A DNA stretch of 64,000 nucleotides from Vulcanimicrobiota bacterium (GCA_963812135.1 CAWETU010000005.1:302469-366468), one strand, 5' to 3'. Positions 53,333 to 63,856 are shown, counted from the first letter of the stretch. Translations and numbers: made by a program. The notes: a model not told the origin generated them from the letters alone.

Positions 53333-54219
53333 TCTAAAGGTTCGGCGGGGAGGCGTTCGTTCGCGTACGCCACGACCCCGATGCCGGCCAGCGCGATGAT
53401 CCCGCCCAGCGCCGTCGTCAGCGGAATCACTTGATGCAAGAATATCAACGCGAACCCCGCGGCCATCAAGGGCTGGGCCAAAAAAGACACGGCCACGACT
53501 GCGGCCGGCATGTAGCCGAGCGACTGCGAGACCAGCGTGTGCCCGAGAACGGTCGCGACCACCGCGAGACCGACCGCGAGCAGCAAGTCGTGGGCGGAAA
53601 TGGTGAAGCCCGTGCCGCCGAACAGCGCCGCAGCGCACACGAACGCCGCGCACGACGCGTACACGCCGAGCGCGTAACGCGGCGCATCGATGCGCTGGCG
53701 CACGCTGCGGCCGCACAACAAGTAGCCGGTTTCGGCGAGCGCCGCCAGCAGCGCAAGTCCGTCGCCGATCAGCGCCCGGCCGGAGAGCTGCACGTCTTGG
53801 CGCGCCACGATCGCGATGCCGAGTATGCCGATCGCGATGCCGCCCAGGATGAGCGGCGTCGGCCGCTCGCGGAAGATCAGCCAGGCGAGCAGCGCGACGA
53901 AGATCGGGTGCGTGCTCACGAACAGCGCCGCGCTGGCGACCGTCGTGAACTTGAGGCTCATCGCCCAGACGACGAGATCGAACGCGAACAAGAAGCCCGC
54001 GCCCGCGGTAAGCCACAGGTCGTTGCGCGTGAATGGCGCGCGCGTCTGCGCCGCGCGCCCAGCGCGCGCCACGAGCGCCACCGGCACCATCAACGCCGCG
54101 GCGAAGAGCATGCGATAGGCCACCATCGTGACCACCGGCGCGTGCGCCAGGCTGTAAAAAATGCCGGCCATCGAAAGGCCGGCGATGCCCAGCGCGAGGA
54201 GCGCGTAGCGCGAGCTCAA
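53326..54219 (-). CDS. EamA/DMT family transporter
   Basis: About 10 TM helices, SLKFTTVASAALFVSTHPIF, GDGLAL, TVLGHTL; TTG start overlaps the upstream TGA. Confidence 0.88.
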   Translation of the reverse strand: MSSRYALLALGIAGLSMAGIFYSLAHAPVVTMVAYRMLFAAALMVPVALVARAGRAAQTRAPFTRNDLWLTAGAGFLFAFDLVVWAMSLKFTTVASAALFVSTHPIFVALLAWLIFRERPTPLILGGIAIGILGIAIVARQDVQLSGRALIGDGLALLAALAETGYLLCGRSVRQRIDAPRYALGVYASCAAFVCAAALFGGTGFTISAHDLLLAVGLAVVATVLGHTLVSQSLGYMPAAVVAVSFLAQPLMAAGFALIFLHQVIPLTTALGGIIALAGIGVVAYANERLPAEPLEM

Positions 54220-54743
54220 CGGGCGGGAACGTTCCCCAACGCGCGCTCTTTCTCGCGCAATTCTTTGCGATGGCGGTAGCGCAGCTCGGCTTGGCGATAG
54301 CGCAGCTTCTCCTCTTCGCTCTCCGGTTTGATCGGAGGGACCTCGGTCGGCCGGCATTGGTCGTCGAGCGCGACGAAGATCAAGAGCGCCGAACCGGCCT
54401 GACGAACTTCGCCCGAGCGCAGACTTTCGGCCTCGATCCGCACGCCGACTTCCATGGACGTCCGATGCGTGTAGTTGACCGCCGCCTTGAGCACCACCAT
54501 GTCGCCGACGTGCACGGGGCCGAAGAAGTCGAGCCGCTCGACGGCGACGGTGACGCAGATGTGGCGGGAGTGGCGGATCGCCGCCGCGGCCGCGGCTTGG
54601 TCGACCAGCTTCATGATGGCGCCGCCATGGACGTTGCCCATCGGGTTGGCGTCCGCGGGCTCCATCAGCGTCGCCAACGTGGAGGCGGACTCCGCGACCG
54701 GTTTGGGAGCCAGCGCCGTCAGACTTTTGTCGCCCTCGCTCAT
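54216..54743 (-). CDS. acyl-CoA thioesterase (hotdog fold, YciA-like)
   Basis: DANPMGNVHGGAIMKLVD, TSMEVGV, FVALD. Confidence 0.92.
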   Translation of the reverse strand: MSEGDKSLTALAPKPVAESASTLATLMEPADANPMGNVHGGAIMKLVDQAAAAAAIRHSRHICVTVAVERLDFFGPVHVGDMVVLKAAVNYTHRTSMEVGVRIEAESLRSGEVRQAGSALLIFVALDDQCRPTEVPPIKPESEEEKLRYRQAELRYRHRKELREKERALGNVPAR

Positions 54744-54770
54744 GGCTCGCGGGGTTCGCCAGGGCTGTCC

Positions 54771-54797
54771 CGAAACTTTCCAGCCGAGTCGGGGGTA
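54771..54797 (+). promoter_or_regulatory. candidate ECF autoregulatory promoter
   Basis: CGAAAC-N17-GGTA upstream of the ECF sigma gene; resembles the SigW-type TGAAAC...CGTA. Confidence 0.4.
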
Positions 54798-54835
54798 GAG
54801 TACTGCAATCGGGAGGTTCGACAATCAACGCTGGG

Positions 54836-55459
54836 GTGCCGGATGAGCAGCTGGTCGCGCTTATCCTCCAGGGAGATTCGGGCGCATTCGCGCCGCTCGT
54901 CGAGCGGCACAAGCGGGGCATCGTCAACTTCCTGTACGGCACCGTGCGATCGGCGGAAGATGCGAACGACCTTGCCCAGGAGACCTTCATCCGCGCGTAC
55001 TCGCACCTCGGAACCTTCAACCCGCAGTTGGCGAAGTTCTCGACCTGGCTCTACCAAATCGCCCGCAACGCGGCGCGCACGCATCTCGGAAAGGAACGCC
55101 GCCGACCGCAACATGAGGAGCTCTACGAAGATGAGACCCTGGAGCAACGACTCCCGGACACCCGCCGCGAGGCGTCGCCCGACGCGATGATCCTTGCCGA
55201 GGAAGAACAGCAGACCGTGCGCGTGGCACTGTTGGCAGTGCCTGAGAAGATGCGCACCGCGCTCTCGCTGCGTTACTATCGTCACATGGAATACCAAGAG
55301 ATCGCCGAGACGATGGGCGTCACGCTCGGCAACGTGAAGACGCTCATCCACCGCGGCAAGGCCTCGCTCGCGCGAGCGCTGGGGCATTCGCGTCGCGCGA
55401 GCGCGGCCAACGGACATTCGACAGAGGAGGTAGGCGGACGTGAAGTGCTCTGCCTGTGA
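54836..55459 (+). CDS. ECF RNA polymerase sigma factor (SigW/RpoE-like)
   Basis: DANDLAQETFIRAY, FSTWLYQIARN, YQEIAETMGVTLGNVKTLIHR. Confidence 0.93.
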   Translation: MPDEQLVALILQGDSGAFAPLVERHKRGIVNFLYGTVRSAEDANDLAQETFIRAYSHLGTFNPQLAKFSTWLYQIARNAARTHLGKERRRPQHEELYEDETLEQRLPDTRREASPDAMILAEEEQQTVRVALLAVPEKMRTALSLRYYRHMEYQEIAETMGVTLGNVKTLIHRGKASLARALGHSRRASAANGHSTEEVGGREVLCL

Positions 55460-55973
55460 AGCGCGCCTGCAGGCGTATCTCGACGGCGACGTGTCGCCGG
55501 GCGATGCGCAAGCGATGGAAACACATCTAAAGGAGTGCGCCGCGTGTCAAACGCTGTCTGAAGGCCTGCGCGCTGTGGAAGTGCGTCTTGCGGGTCTGAG
55601 CGGCATCGAACCGCGACCTGACTTCACCGTTTCGGTCATGTCAGCCGTCGCCACACTGCCTGTGCCCAAACCCGCGCGCATCGGCGCCCGCTGGTTCTTC
55701 GCCTACATCGCCGCGGCATGGGCGCTGCTGATCTGGCTGACCGCCGCGCGCGTCATCAATTGGCAGCATGCCTTCGCAACGGTCGCCACCGAAATCGGCA
55801 AGGTCGCCGCAGCCGGCTCGGCGCTCGCCGACGTCGGCATGCACTTGCATCTGTCGACGTTCGCCGCCGGTGCGTTCGGCATCGAGATGGTCGTCATCGC
55901 GGTCGGCGCGCTCGCGTTGCGCCGTTATCTCCCCCGCCTGTCGGGTTGGATCGCAGGAGCTCAAACAATATGA
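55440..55973 (+). CDS. zinc-finger (zf-HC2) anti-sigma factor
   Basis: C...LQAYLDG, HLKECAAC (HxxxCxxC), TM segments. Confidence 0.88.
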   Translation: MKCSACEARLQAYLDGDVSPGDAQAMETHLKECAACQTLSEGLRAVEVRLAGLSGIEPRPDFTVSVMSAVATLPVPKPARIGARWFFAYIAAAWALLIWLTAARVINWQHAFATVATEIGKVAAAGSALADVGMHLHLSTFAAGAFGIEMVVIAVGALALRRYLPRLSGWIAGAQTI

Positions 55974-57010
55974 AACGTCAGCACGGTCGAATGAATTCGA
56001 CCGCTACGATCCTTGCGGTGGCGGCCGCGCTGATGCTGCTGGCAACCGGCGGCGCCTCTGCCGGCGGAGCCCAGGTCCACCGTTCGCATGGCGACATCGT
56101 CGAGTTCGGCGACAGCGTCAACATCCCGGCGGAGCAAGAAGTACAGGGCGACGTGATCGTGTTCGGCGGCGACGTCGCTGTGCACGGCAAGGTCGACGGC
56201 AGCGCAATCGTGTTCGGCGGCGACTTGCACATCTATCCGGAAGGCTCCGTGGCGCGCGACACGGTCGCGTTCGGCGGCAGCATCATCAACGATTCCGCGA
56301 CCACACCTCCCAAGAAACGCCACAACGCCGTCGTGCCTCCGGTCGTGCCGCCCATGGAGACGCCCGAGCCGATCATGCCCAGTTCGCCCGAGATGCCGGA
56401 GACGCCGATGGCGCCGGAGCCGTCGCACGACTGGAGCTTCCGAGCGGTGTGGGCCTCGCTGCTCGTGCCAGACTTCATCTTGACGTTCCTGGCGTTCTTC
56501 CTCTTCCCGCTGCGCACGCGCAACGTCGAAGAGCATCTCGTCGCGCAGCCGCTGCTCGCGATCCTGCTCGGGTTCATCGCGCCGATCTTCTTGTGCTTCG
56601 TGCTCGTCGTGCTCGCGGTGCTCGTGGTGACGATTCCGTTGCTGCCGGTCGCGTTGATCGCGTTCGTTATCGCCTACTTGATCGGCAAAGCCGCGATCGC
56701 GGCGTTCTTGGGCCGGCGCTTGCTCGAAGCCGCCAAAGTGGCGGAACCGCAACCGCTCGCGTCGGTGCTCGTCGGCTTGTTCGTGATACTCATCGTGACC
56801 GGCCTGACGCCCGCGTGGTTCGCGATCTCGATGTACGGGATCGTCGGCGCGCTTGCGATCGGCGCTGCGCTGCTGTCCTTCATGCGCACCCGGCCGGGGC
56901 TGCTCGGCGCGCAGGCGACAGCACCTGCGTATGGCAGCATGCTCAACGTCGGACCGATCACGCCGCCCGCCGGACCGCCGGCGTCGGGACCTCCTGCCGT
57001 TCCGCAGTAG
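55970..57010 (+). CDS. membrane protein with beta-helix (bactofilin/polymer-forming-like) repeats
   Basis: Signal peptide, repeated GDVIVFGG / GSAIVFGG / DTVAFGG, Pro-rich linker, multiple TM helices. Confidence 0.8.
   Translation: MKRQHGRMNSTATILAVAAALMLLATGGASAGGAQVHRSHGDIVEFGDSVNIPAEQEVQGDVIVFGGDVAVHGKVDGSAIVFGGDLHIYPEGSVARDTVAFGGSIINDSATTPPKKRHNAVVPPVVPPMETPEPIMPSSPEMPETPMAPEPSHDWSFRAVWASLLVPDFILTFLAFFLFPLRTRNVEEHLVAQPLLAILLGFIAPIFLCFVLVVLAVLVVTIPLLPVALIAFVIAYLIGKAAIAAFLGRRLLEAAKVAEPQPLASVLVGLFVILIVTGLTPAWFAISMYGIVGALAIGAALLSFMRTRPGLLGAQATAPAYGSMLNVGPITPPAGPPASGPPAVPQ
55984..56007 (-). repeat. REP family 1 copy in frame in a signal-peptide N-region
   Basis: cggtcgaatgaattcgaccgctac, translated as GRMNSTAT. 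Confidence 0.9.
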
Positions 57011-57016
57011 AGACGA

Positions 57017-57044
57017 AGGGCGCGTTCAAACGAGCGCGCCCTAC
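57017..57044 (-). repeat. GTAG-type palindrome, family 2
   Basis: Minus strand GTAGGGCGCGCTCG-TT-TGAACGCGCCCT; its TAG is the stop codon of 57041..57421. Confidence 0.6.
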
Positions 57045-57421
57045 CTGGGCTTGACGAACATCCCCGCGACTTTGTCGGATTGGTCGAGCACGAACGTGAA
57101 CGTGAGCGCGCCGTTCGCGCATTCGGCGTCGTATTGGTAGGCGGTGTAGATGCCCTGCTCGGTCGACCCAAGATAGATGAACGCCTTTACTGCGCCAAAA
57201 GACGCGAGCGACGACGCTAACTGCGTCGCCTTCTCCGGTGGCAACCCGGCGTTCATGTCTGCGGTGAGCTGCGTGCGATCGATATCTGCTTTTTGCAGCC
57301 GGACAAACCACTCTTTGGCGCGTAGCGTGACCGCCGCATCGCCGCCCGGCGCCGGCGTCGCGACATCGGCGACGACGGCATGGCCGGTTGCCAAGAGCAG
57401 GCTGAGCATCAGCACGATCAT
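57041..57421 (-). CDS. small secreted hypothetical protein
   Basis: Signal peptide; C-terminal LTFTFVLDQSDKVAGMFVKP; SD GAGGGAG. Confidence 0.75.
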   Translation of the reverse strand: MIVLMLSLLLATGHAVVADVATPAPGGDAAVTLRAKEWFVRLQKADIDRTQLTADMNAGLPPEKATQLASSLASFGAVKAFIYLGSTEQGIYTAYQYDAECANGALTFTFVLDQSDKVAGMFVKPR

Positions 57422-57440
57422 CGGACGTCTCCCTCAGGCA

Positions 57441-58620
57441 TCAGTTATCTAGGCTGTTCAGCAGCACGCCATAGGCGAGTTCGAATCGGCCCTCGTCGAG
57501 CGGCTTGCTGTCATTCCATGTCGCTGACACGCAGTACGTCTTGCCGCGCCTCGTCGTCACCTGCGTCGTCAGATTGAGCACGCCCGGTTCAGACCCGCCC
57601 TTGTAGGCGACGCGCGCCCAGCGGCTTGGATCGGCGACGCCAGGATTGATGCTCATCAGCGGCAGCGATGCCACTTGCGCCATCAGCCCGCACAGATCGC
57701 GGACGCTGAAAAACCATTCGATGTCTTGCGAGATCACGCCACCGCTGAAGATCGAGACGTTGGGCAACGGCTTGGCGTCGAGCGTCGTCAGCAGCGCCCG
57801 GCGCGCCGCCGCATTGCCCTTGCGCCATGCAGCGAGCATTTGCGCATTGGCCGGATCTTTGAGGATGAACGCTTCGCGCGTCGTCAAGAACGGCTCATTG
57901 CGCGGCCCCTCGGCTTCGACGGCGGTTCGGCCGACGGTGCGCAACGCAAGATCTGCGGCGGTGTTGTCGCTCTGCGAGATCATGAGCGCTGCGACGGAAT
58001 ACAGAGTGAGCGGCGCGCCGTCAGGCCAGGTCTGAAGGATACCCGAGGGCAGGCTCTTCCATTGCTCGTGCACCTGCGCGAGCTGGGTCCACGACATCTC
58101 ATGCGCATCGGCGCGTTTCTTGATCGCCGCGAGCACCGCGAGCTTGAACGCGGAACCGACCGCGAGCGGCTCGTCCGCGTTGACGGATTGCATCACCGCG
58201 CCGCCCGACTCGATGACGAGGCTGACGTGACCAGGCAGACCCTTGAAGGTGTTGAGCGCGGCAGCGGGATCCGCGTGCACGGGCACCGGCGCGAGAAATC
58301 TCAGCGTCAGGATGCGGCCGCTTGCATCGAGCGCGATGTACGTCGGCACCGTGCCGCCGGCGAAGACGGTCACATAGTGGTCGCCTTCGATGCGCACGTC
58401 CTGGTACGCGCCGAGCTGTGCCTTGAACTGATCGACGACGGCTTGGACCTGGCTTGCCGGCGCTTGCTGCAGCAATGACTCGGCGAACCAGTCCGGATCG
58501 ACCCTGTCGGCTGTGAACAGGCGCGCGATCGCGCTTTGCGGCGTGATCGTGTCGGCGGCGGACGGCGATCCGGCAAGCGCGAGCAGGCAGAGGAGCGCGA
58601 CCGAGATCGCGCTCCCCCAA
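57441..58620 (-). CDS. serine hydrolase (class A beta-lactamase-like) with N-terminal domain
   Basis: GSAFK (SxxK), SDN, YKGGSE. The frame stays open upstream of 58475 through a signal peptide; TTG 58620 becomes in frame if the G5 run has one extra G. Confidence 0.8.
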
Positions 58621-58623
58621 CGC

Positions 58624-60744
58624 TTAGCGAGTGATGCCGAGGTCTTTGTAGAACGCGTCGTAGTTCACTTCACGTCCGAGGAAGTTGCGCAGCAACTGGT
58701 CGGGTTCCAGACTGCCGCCGGGCTGCAAGATATCTTGGCGATATTTTGCGCCGACGACGGGATTTTCGAGCCCGCCTTTCTGGAACACGGTGAACATGTC
58801 TTGCGCGTACACCTTGGACCACAGATAGCCGTAGTAGCCTGCGTCGTAGCCGCCCATCAGGTGGCCGAAGCTCGCTTCAGGTATCGTGCCCGCCACTGCC
58901 GGCGTCGTCGTCAGCTTCTTCTTCAGGTCGAACCACGTCTGCGTCACGTTCACGTTGCCGCCCGAGCTGTGGATCGTCATGTCATAGCTGGCGTAGAACG
59001 CCTGGCCGGTCCAAACGGCGCCGTCGTCCACGTGTTTGAGCGCGATCATCTTCTTGATGAGATCGTCCGGCAACGGCTTGCCGGTGTTGACGTTGCTCGA
59101 CACTTCCTTGAGGATCGAAGGCTGCCACATCCAGTTCTCGAGCATCTGCGAGGGAGCTTCGACGAAGTCGCCGCGCACGTTGGTGCCGTAATACGTCTCG
59201 TACGGAGCGATCGATAGCGTGCTGTGCATCAGGTGGCCGAACTCGTGGAAGAAGGTCACCACGTCGTCGTGGCTGAGCAGCGCCGGCTTGCCCGGCGCGC
59301 CGACCGGCCAGTTGCCGATGATCGATGAGATCGGCATCTGATACGAGCCGTCGGGTAGCACGCGCCCGCTGCGCAGCGAGAAGTTCGCGAAGTGCTCGTA
59401 CTTGCCGGGCCGCGGATACAGGTCCAGGAAGAACCAGCCTATCGGTTTGCCCGTCGCGTTGTCGCTGATCGAGTATTCGAGCACGCCGGGTGCCCACGCG
59501 TCTGCCGGCGTGATGGGATGGAACGTCACGCTGAGCAGTTTCTGGTAGATGCCGAGCACTGCCGGAATCACTTTGTCCACCGGGAAGTATTCGCGCACCA
59601 GGGTCTCGTCGACCGCGTACTTGGTCTTCACCAACAGATTCTCGTAATACGCGTAGTCCCACGGTTGCCAAGGACTCGAGTCGCCGGACTGCGCTTTGAG
59701 CGCCTTGAGCTCCGCCAATTCGGTGCGCGCCTTCGGCAGCAGCTTCGAGTCGACGTTGGCCAAGAAGTCGATGACGCGCTGCGGCGTCTTCGCCATCTTC
59801 GCGTCGAGCTGATACGCGGCCCAGGTGTTGAAACCGAGCAGATGCGCGAGCTGATCGCGGATCGCGACCGCTTGCGTGAGGCGTTTGACGTTGGCGTCGC
59901 CGCCGCGATGGTAATATGCGATGTAGAAGCGTTGGCGCGCTGCGCTCGAGCGCTCGTTCTGCATGAATTGCGAGTACGTGCTCTCGTTCACGGGCACACG
60001 ATAGCCGTCGCCGGCGGGCTTGAGCGCTTTCACGAACGCAGCAGGCAGCGAAGCCGCTTCGGACTTGCTGATGTCGATGGTCGTCGCATCCTCGCCGAGC
60101 TGTCGCTGGAAGGCGATCTGCAGATCGTTGAGCTCGTTGAACAGCTTGCTGGTCTTGGCGCGCGTCACGGGATCGAGTCCTGCACCGGCACGCCGGCCGG
60201 CCTCCATGTACAGCTCGGCGAGCTTGCGGTCTTTGGCGTTGATCGCCGTCGCGGCGCCGAGTTGCGCCATTGCGTACACGACCGGGTCTGCGCCCAGCTC
60301 CACTCCGAATTGCGACTGTTTCTCGTCGCAGGCCGTCGATGCGTCACGGACGTTCTTGTCCACCGCGATCTGCGAGAGCACGCCTTGCGCGACGAGCGCG
60401 TCGTTCATCACCGCGACCGCGGTCTCGACGCCCTTGATGCCGTCAGCGAAGGTCGCTTGCCCGATGGGCGTGGTCTCGATCTGCTTGATGGTGTCTTTCG
60501 CCTGCTTGATCGCCGCGTCGCAGGTCGCGTTGATCTGATCGGGCGTCAGATTCCAAGTGATGCCGGTATCCGCAGGAAGCAACGGACCGCTTGGCGCGGC
60601 CGGCATGGCGGGAGCTTGGGTGGGCGCCGGGCTCGCCACGGGAGATGCGGGCGCCGAGCCGGCGGCCCAAGCGGCCAGAGGGAGTGCGCCGGATAAGAGC
60701 GCGGCGCCTAAGGCGGCCGCGATGACGCGGTGACGGATGTTCAC
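58624..60744 (-). CDS. secreted M3 family oligopeptidase (thimet-like)
   Basis: LDLYPRPGKY, FFHEFGHLMH (HExxH), DFVEAPSQMLENW, GYDAGYYGYLWS. Confidence 0.93.
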   Translation of the reverse strand: MNIRHRVIAAALGAALLSGALPLAAWAAGSAPASPVASPAPTQAPAMPAAPSGPLLPADTGITWNLTPDQINATCDAAIKQAKDTIKQIETTPIGQATFADGIKGVETAVAVMNDALVAQGVLSQIAVDKNVRDASTACDEKQSQFGVELGADPVVYAMAQLGAATAINAKDRKLAELYMEAGRRAGAGLDPVTRAKTSKLFNELNDLQIAFQRQLGEDATTIDISKSEAASLPAAFVKALKPAGDGYRVPVNESTYSQFMQNERSSAARQRFYIAYYHRGGDANVKRLTQAVAIRDQLAHLLGFNTWAAYQLDAKMAKTPQRVIDFLANVDSKLLPKARTELAELKALKAQSGDSSPWQPWDYAYYENLLVKTKYAVDETLVREYFPVDKVIPAVLGIYQKLLSVTFHPITPADAWAPGVLEYSISDNATGKPIGWFFLDLYPRPGKYEHFANFSLRSGRVLPDGSYQMPISSIIGNWPVGAPGKPALLSHDDVVTFFHEFGHLMHSTLSIAPYETYYGTNVRGDFVEAPSQMLENWMWQPSILKEVSSNVNTGKPLPDDLIKKMIALKHVDDGAVWTGQAFYASYDMTIHSSGGNVNVTQTWFDLKKKLTTTPAVAGTIPEASFGHLMGGYDAGYYGYLWSKVYAQDMFTVFQKGGLENPVVGAKYRQDILQPGGSLEPDQLLRNFLGREVNYDAFYKDLGITR

Positions 60745-60766
60745 AATGTATTCCTTTTTCTACGCC

Positions 60767-60791
60767 GTGGTGAATGAATTCAACCGCTACA
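60767..60791 (-). repeat. degenerate REP family 1 copy
   Basis: gtggtgaatgaattcaaccgctaca. Confidence 0.7.
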
Positions 60792-60811
60792 TATATACGT
60801 GGGGAGCGGTC

Positions 60812-61546
60812 TCAAAGATACAAGTGCTCGGGGTCCAATACGTCGCGCAACAGGTGCAGTTCCTCGCCGCTGGGCGGCGCCACCGGCTCGAGAGTGCCAC
60901 AAATCCGCAGCGGCCAACCGACTTTTCCCTTGACGTCCTGCGGGTCGACCCCGGGATAGACCGCCGCAAGCTCGAGCTCCCCGTCGTCGGGCGACGGCCG
61001 TAAGATGCCGAGGTCCGTGACGATGCGGACGGGACCGCCGCCGGGCAGACCGAGCTGTTTGCGTGTGCCGTACTTGCCGGCATGACCGGGCGACGTGTAG
61101 AAATCGACTTCGGCCGGGAACGATCGCGCGGACAACGGCGCGACCACGATCACCCGATCGGCGTGCACCGCGATCTCGCATGCGCCGCCGCTGCCGGGCA
61201 GACGCACTTTGGGTTTGTCGTACGAGCCGATGACCGTTGAATTGATATTCGCGTAACGATCGACTTGCGCGCCGCCTAAGAAGCCGACGTCGATGCGCCG
61301 GCCTTGCAAGTAGAATTGGAACACGTCGGCCATCGATGCGACGCCGAGCGAATCGGTGACCAGCGCCGGATCGCCGATGGAGACCGGCAGCCGTTCGGGC
61401 ACCGCGCCGACGGCGCCTGATTCATAAAGCAGCACGAGATTCGGCGCGTGCGTGGCGCGCGCCAGGTTGCACGCGAGATTCGGCAGCCCGATGCCGACGA
61501 ACACGACGTCGCCATCGGCGAGCTCGTGCGCGGCGCACACCGCCAT
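60812..61546 (-). CDS. CoA-transferase beta subunit (glutaconate/3-oxoadipate type)
   Basis: VFVGIGLP, LLYESG, FLGGAQVDRYANIN, RLPGSGG; true start may be about 10 codons further upstream. Confidence 0.88.
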   Translation of the reverse strand: MAVCAAHELADGDVVFVGIGLPNLACNLARATHAPNLVLLYESGAVGAVPERLPVSIGDPALVTDSLGVASMADVFQFYLQGRRIDVGFLGGAQVDRYANINSTVIGSYDKPKVRLPGSGGACEIAVHADRVIVVAPLSARSFPAEVDFYTSPGHAGKYGTRKQLGLPGGGPVRIVTDLGILRPSPDDGELELAAVYPGVDPQDVKGKVGWPLRICGTLEPVAPPSGEELHLLRDVLDPEHLYL

Positions 61547-61574
61547 GAGCTCGCGATTGCTGTAGGCCGGCGTC

Positions 61575-62504
61575 TCAGAAGCCGTAATTGACCCCTTCGC
61601 TGATGCGTGGTTTCGCGGACAGGCGCGCGACGACGTCCTCGCCGAGCTTGTCGATGTATTCCGCGCGGCTGCCCACGCCGTACACCCACTCGTTGAGCCA
61701 GGCCTCGAGGCCCTGCGCTTCGCGCGAGACGTCCTCCCACGCGACGTAGAAATCGTTGTCGCGATCGTAGTAGCCTTGCGCGTAGGACGGATGCGCGCCC
61801 CATGGTTCGCACACGACCGCATCGACGATGAAGCCCGGGATGATCGTGCGGTTCGGATCGGCGCGGATGACGGACTGCGGCACGATCTCTTCGACGACGA
61901 CGATCACGCGCGATGCCGCGAACGCCGCTTCTTTTTGCACGCCGTACAGGCCCCAGATCTGCGTCGTGCCCGACGAGTCGGCGCGCTGCGCGTGGATGAT
62001 CGCGACGTCGGGATTGAGCGCCGGCACGGTCGCCAGCTGTTCGCCGGTATACGGGCACTCAACGGTGCGGATCAGCGGGTTGACCGCGGGCAGATCGCTG
62101 CCGCGATAGTCGCGCAGCGGCCAGAACGGGAGTTTTGCGGCGCCGGCCGACAGGCGCGCGACGAGTCCGAAGTGCGAGTATTCTTCAAGCGCGAGCGGCT
62201 GCGGCTCGGAGCGTTCGACCGCGCGGCGCAAACCGTGCAGCGAGCCGACGCCGGGATTGCCGGCCCACGAGAAGATGAGTTTCTTCGCGCAGCCCGCCGC
62301 GATGAGCTGGTCGTAGATGAGGTCAGGGGTGAGGCGCGCGAGCGTGAGGTCGCGCCGTTGTTGGCGGATGATCTCGTGCGCCGCCGCGAAGCAGATGAGA
62401 TGCGTGAAACCCTCGATGACGACGACGTCGCCGTCACGCACGAATTGGCGGATCGCCTCGTGCATGTCCATGACTTTGGGGGTATCCGAGCCGCGCTCGT
62501 GCAC
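61575..62504 (-). CDS. CoA-transferase alpha subunit
   Basis: EGFTHLICFAAAHEIIRQ, FSWAGNPGVG, CPYTG, IIHAQRAD, GAHPSY. Confidence 0.9.
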   Translation of the reverse strand: MHERGSDTPKVMDMHEAIRQFVRDGDVVVIEGFTHLICFAAAHEIIRQQRRDLTLARLTPDLIYDQLIAAGCAKKLIFSWAGNPGVGSLHGLRRAVERSEPQPLALEEYSHFGLVARLSAGAAKLPFWPLRDYRGSDLPAVNPLIRTVECPYTGEQLATVPALNPDVAIIHAQRADSSGTTQIWGLYGVQKEAAFAASRVIVVVEEIVPQSVIRADPNRTIIPGFIVDAVVCEPWGAHPSYAQGYYDRDNDFYVAWEDVSREAQGLEAWLNEWVYGVGSRAEYIDKLGEDVVARLSAKPRISEGVNYGF

Positions 62505-62512
62505 GGTGCGGC

Positions 62513-63856
62513 TCAAGCCGGAACGCGCAGCTCCGATAACGCTTCGTCGAAAATACGCAGACCCGTGTTGACGTCTTCTTCGTCGATCACCAGCGGCGGC
62601 GCGATGCGGATCGTGCTCTGGCCGCAGCCGAGCAGCAGCAGGCCGCGCTTGAACGCCGCGAGCTCGAGCTGGTGGACGAAGTGATGGTAGATCTCTTTGG
62701 TCGCGCGGTTCTTGACGAACTCGATGCCGAGCATCAGGCCCACGCCGCGCACGTCGCCCATGACCTCGTGCTTGGTCGCGAGTTTGCGGAAGCCGGCGAG
62801 CAGCAGCGATCCCATGCGCGCCGCGTTTTGCATGAGGCCGTGCTCGACGAGATCGAGCGTCGCCAGCGCCGCCGCGCAGCACACCGGGTTGCCTCCAAAG
62901 GTGCTGCCGTGGCTGCCGTGATCCCAGGTCATCACCGATTCGCGCGCGACGATCGCGCCGATCGGCATGCCTGAGCCGAGGCCTTTCGCGAGACAGATGA
63001 CGTCGGGCGCGACGTCGAGCAATTCGGCGGCGAACATCCGGCCGGTGCGGCCGATGCCCGTCTGCACTTCATCGTAGATCAGCACGGCGCCGTGCTCGTC
63101 GCAAAAATCGCGCCAGTATTGCAAGAATGCGCGCGGCGGGATCACGTAGCCGCCTTCGCCGAGGATCGGTTCCATAATGACCGCAGCGATTTCGTCTTGG
63201 CCGACGCGCTCGCGGAACAGGCGCTCCGCCGGCGCTTGCCAGCAATCGCACGAGTCCGCGCATTCCTCTGCCGGACGGTTGAGCAAGCAGCGATATGAGT
63301 TGGCGTATGGCAGATGGTAGACGCCGGGGAGCAGCGGGCCGAAGTGGCGCCGGTATTTCACTTTGCTCGAGCCGAGCGCGATCGCGCCGGTGGTGCGGCC
63401 GTGGAACGAACCTTCGAAGGCGATGATATTGTTGCGCTTCGTGTGTGCGCGCGCGAGCTTGATCGCGCCTTCAACCGCTTCTGCGCCGGAATTGGTGAGG
63501 AACGTGCGCTTGGCGCCGGGTCCCGGCGCGAGCTTGGCAAGCCGTTCGCACAGATCGGAGAACTGCGGATAATAGAAGTCCGTCGAGCAGATGTGCAAGA
63601 ACTTGCGGGCCGTCTCTTCGATCGCAGCGACCACTTCGGGATGCGCGTGGCCGGTCGACGCCACGGCGATGCCCGCCATGAAGTCGAGATACTTGTTGCC
63701 GTCGACGTCTTCGACCATGGAGCCCACGCCGCGTTCGACGACGAGCGGGTACTCCTTGATATAGGAAGGCGACGAGTAGAGCTTATCCTTCGCGATGACC
63801 GCTTGAGCTTTGGGGCCCGGCGGCGTCACGACGATCTTCGGGTAGGTCTTTGGCAT
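62513..63856 (-). CDS. class III PLP aminotransferase (GabT/ArgD family)
   Basis: DVDGNKYLDF, NSGAEAVE, FHGRT, DEVQTGIGRTG, LAKGLGSG, STFGGNP. Confidence 0.92.
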   Translation of the reverse strand: MPKTYPKIVVTPPGPKAQAVIAKDKLYSSPSYIKEYPLVVERGVGSMVEDVDGNKYLDFMAGIAVASTGHAHPEVVAAIEETARKFLHICSTDFYYPQFSDLCERLAKLAPGPGAKRTFLTNSGAEAVEGAIKLARAHTKRNNIIAFEGSFHGRTTGAIALGSSKVKYRRHFGPLLPGVYHLPYANSYRCLLNRPAEECADSCDCWQAPAERLFRERVGQDEIAAVIMEPILGEGGYVIPPRAFLQYWRDFCDEHGAVLIYDEVQTGIGRTGRMFAAELLDVAPDVICLAKGLGSGMPIGAIVARESVMTWDHGSHGSTFGGNPVCCAAALATLDLVEHGLMQNAARMGSLLLAGFRKLATKHEVMGDVRGVGLMLGIEFVKNRATKEIYHHFVHQLELAAFKRGLLLLGCGQSTIRIAPPLVIDEEDVNTGLRIFDEALSELRVPA

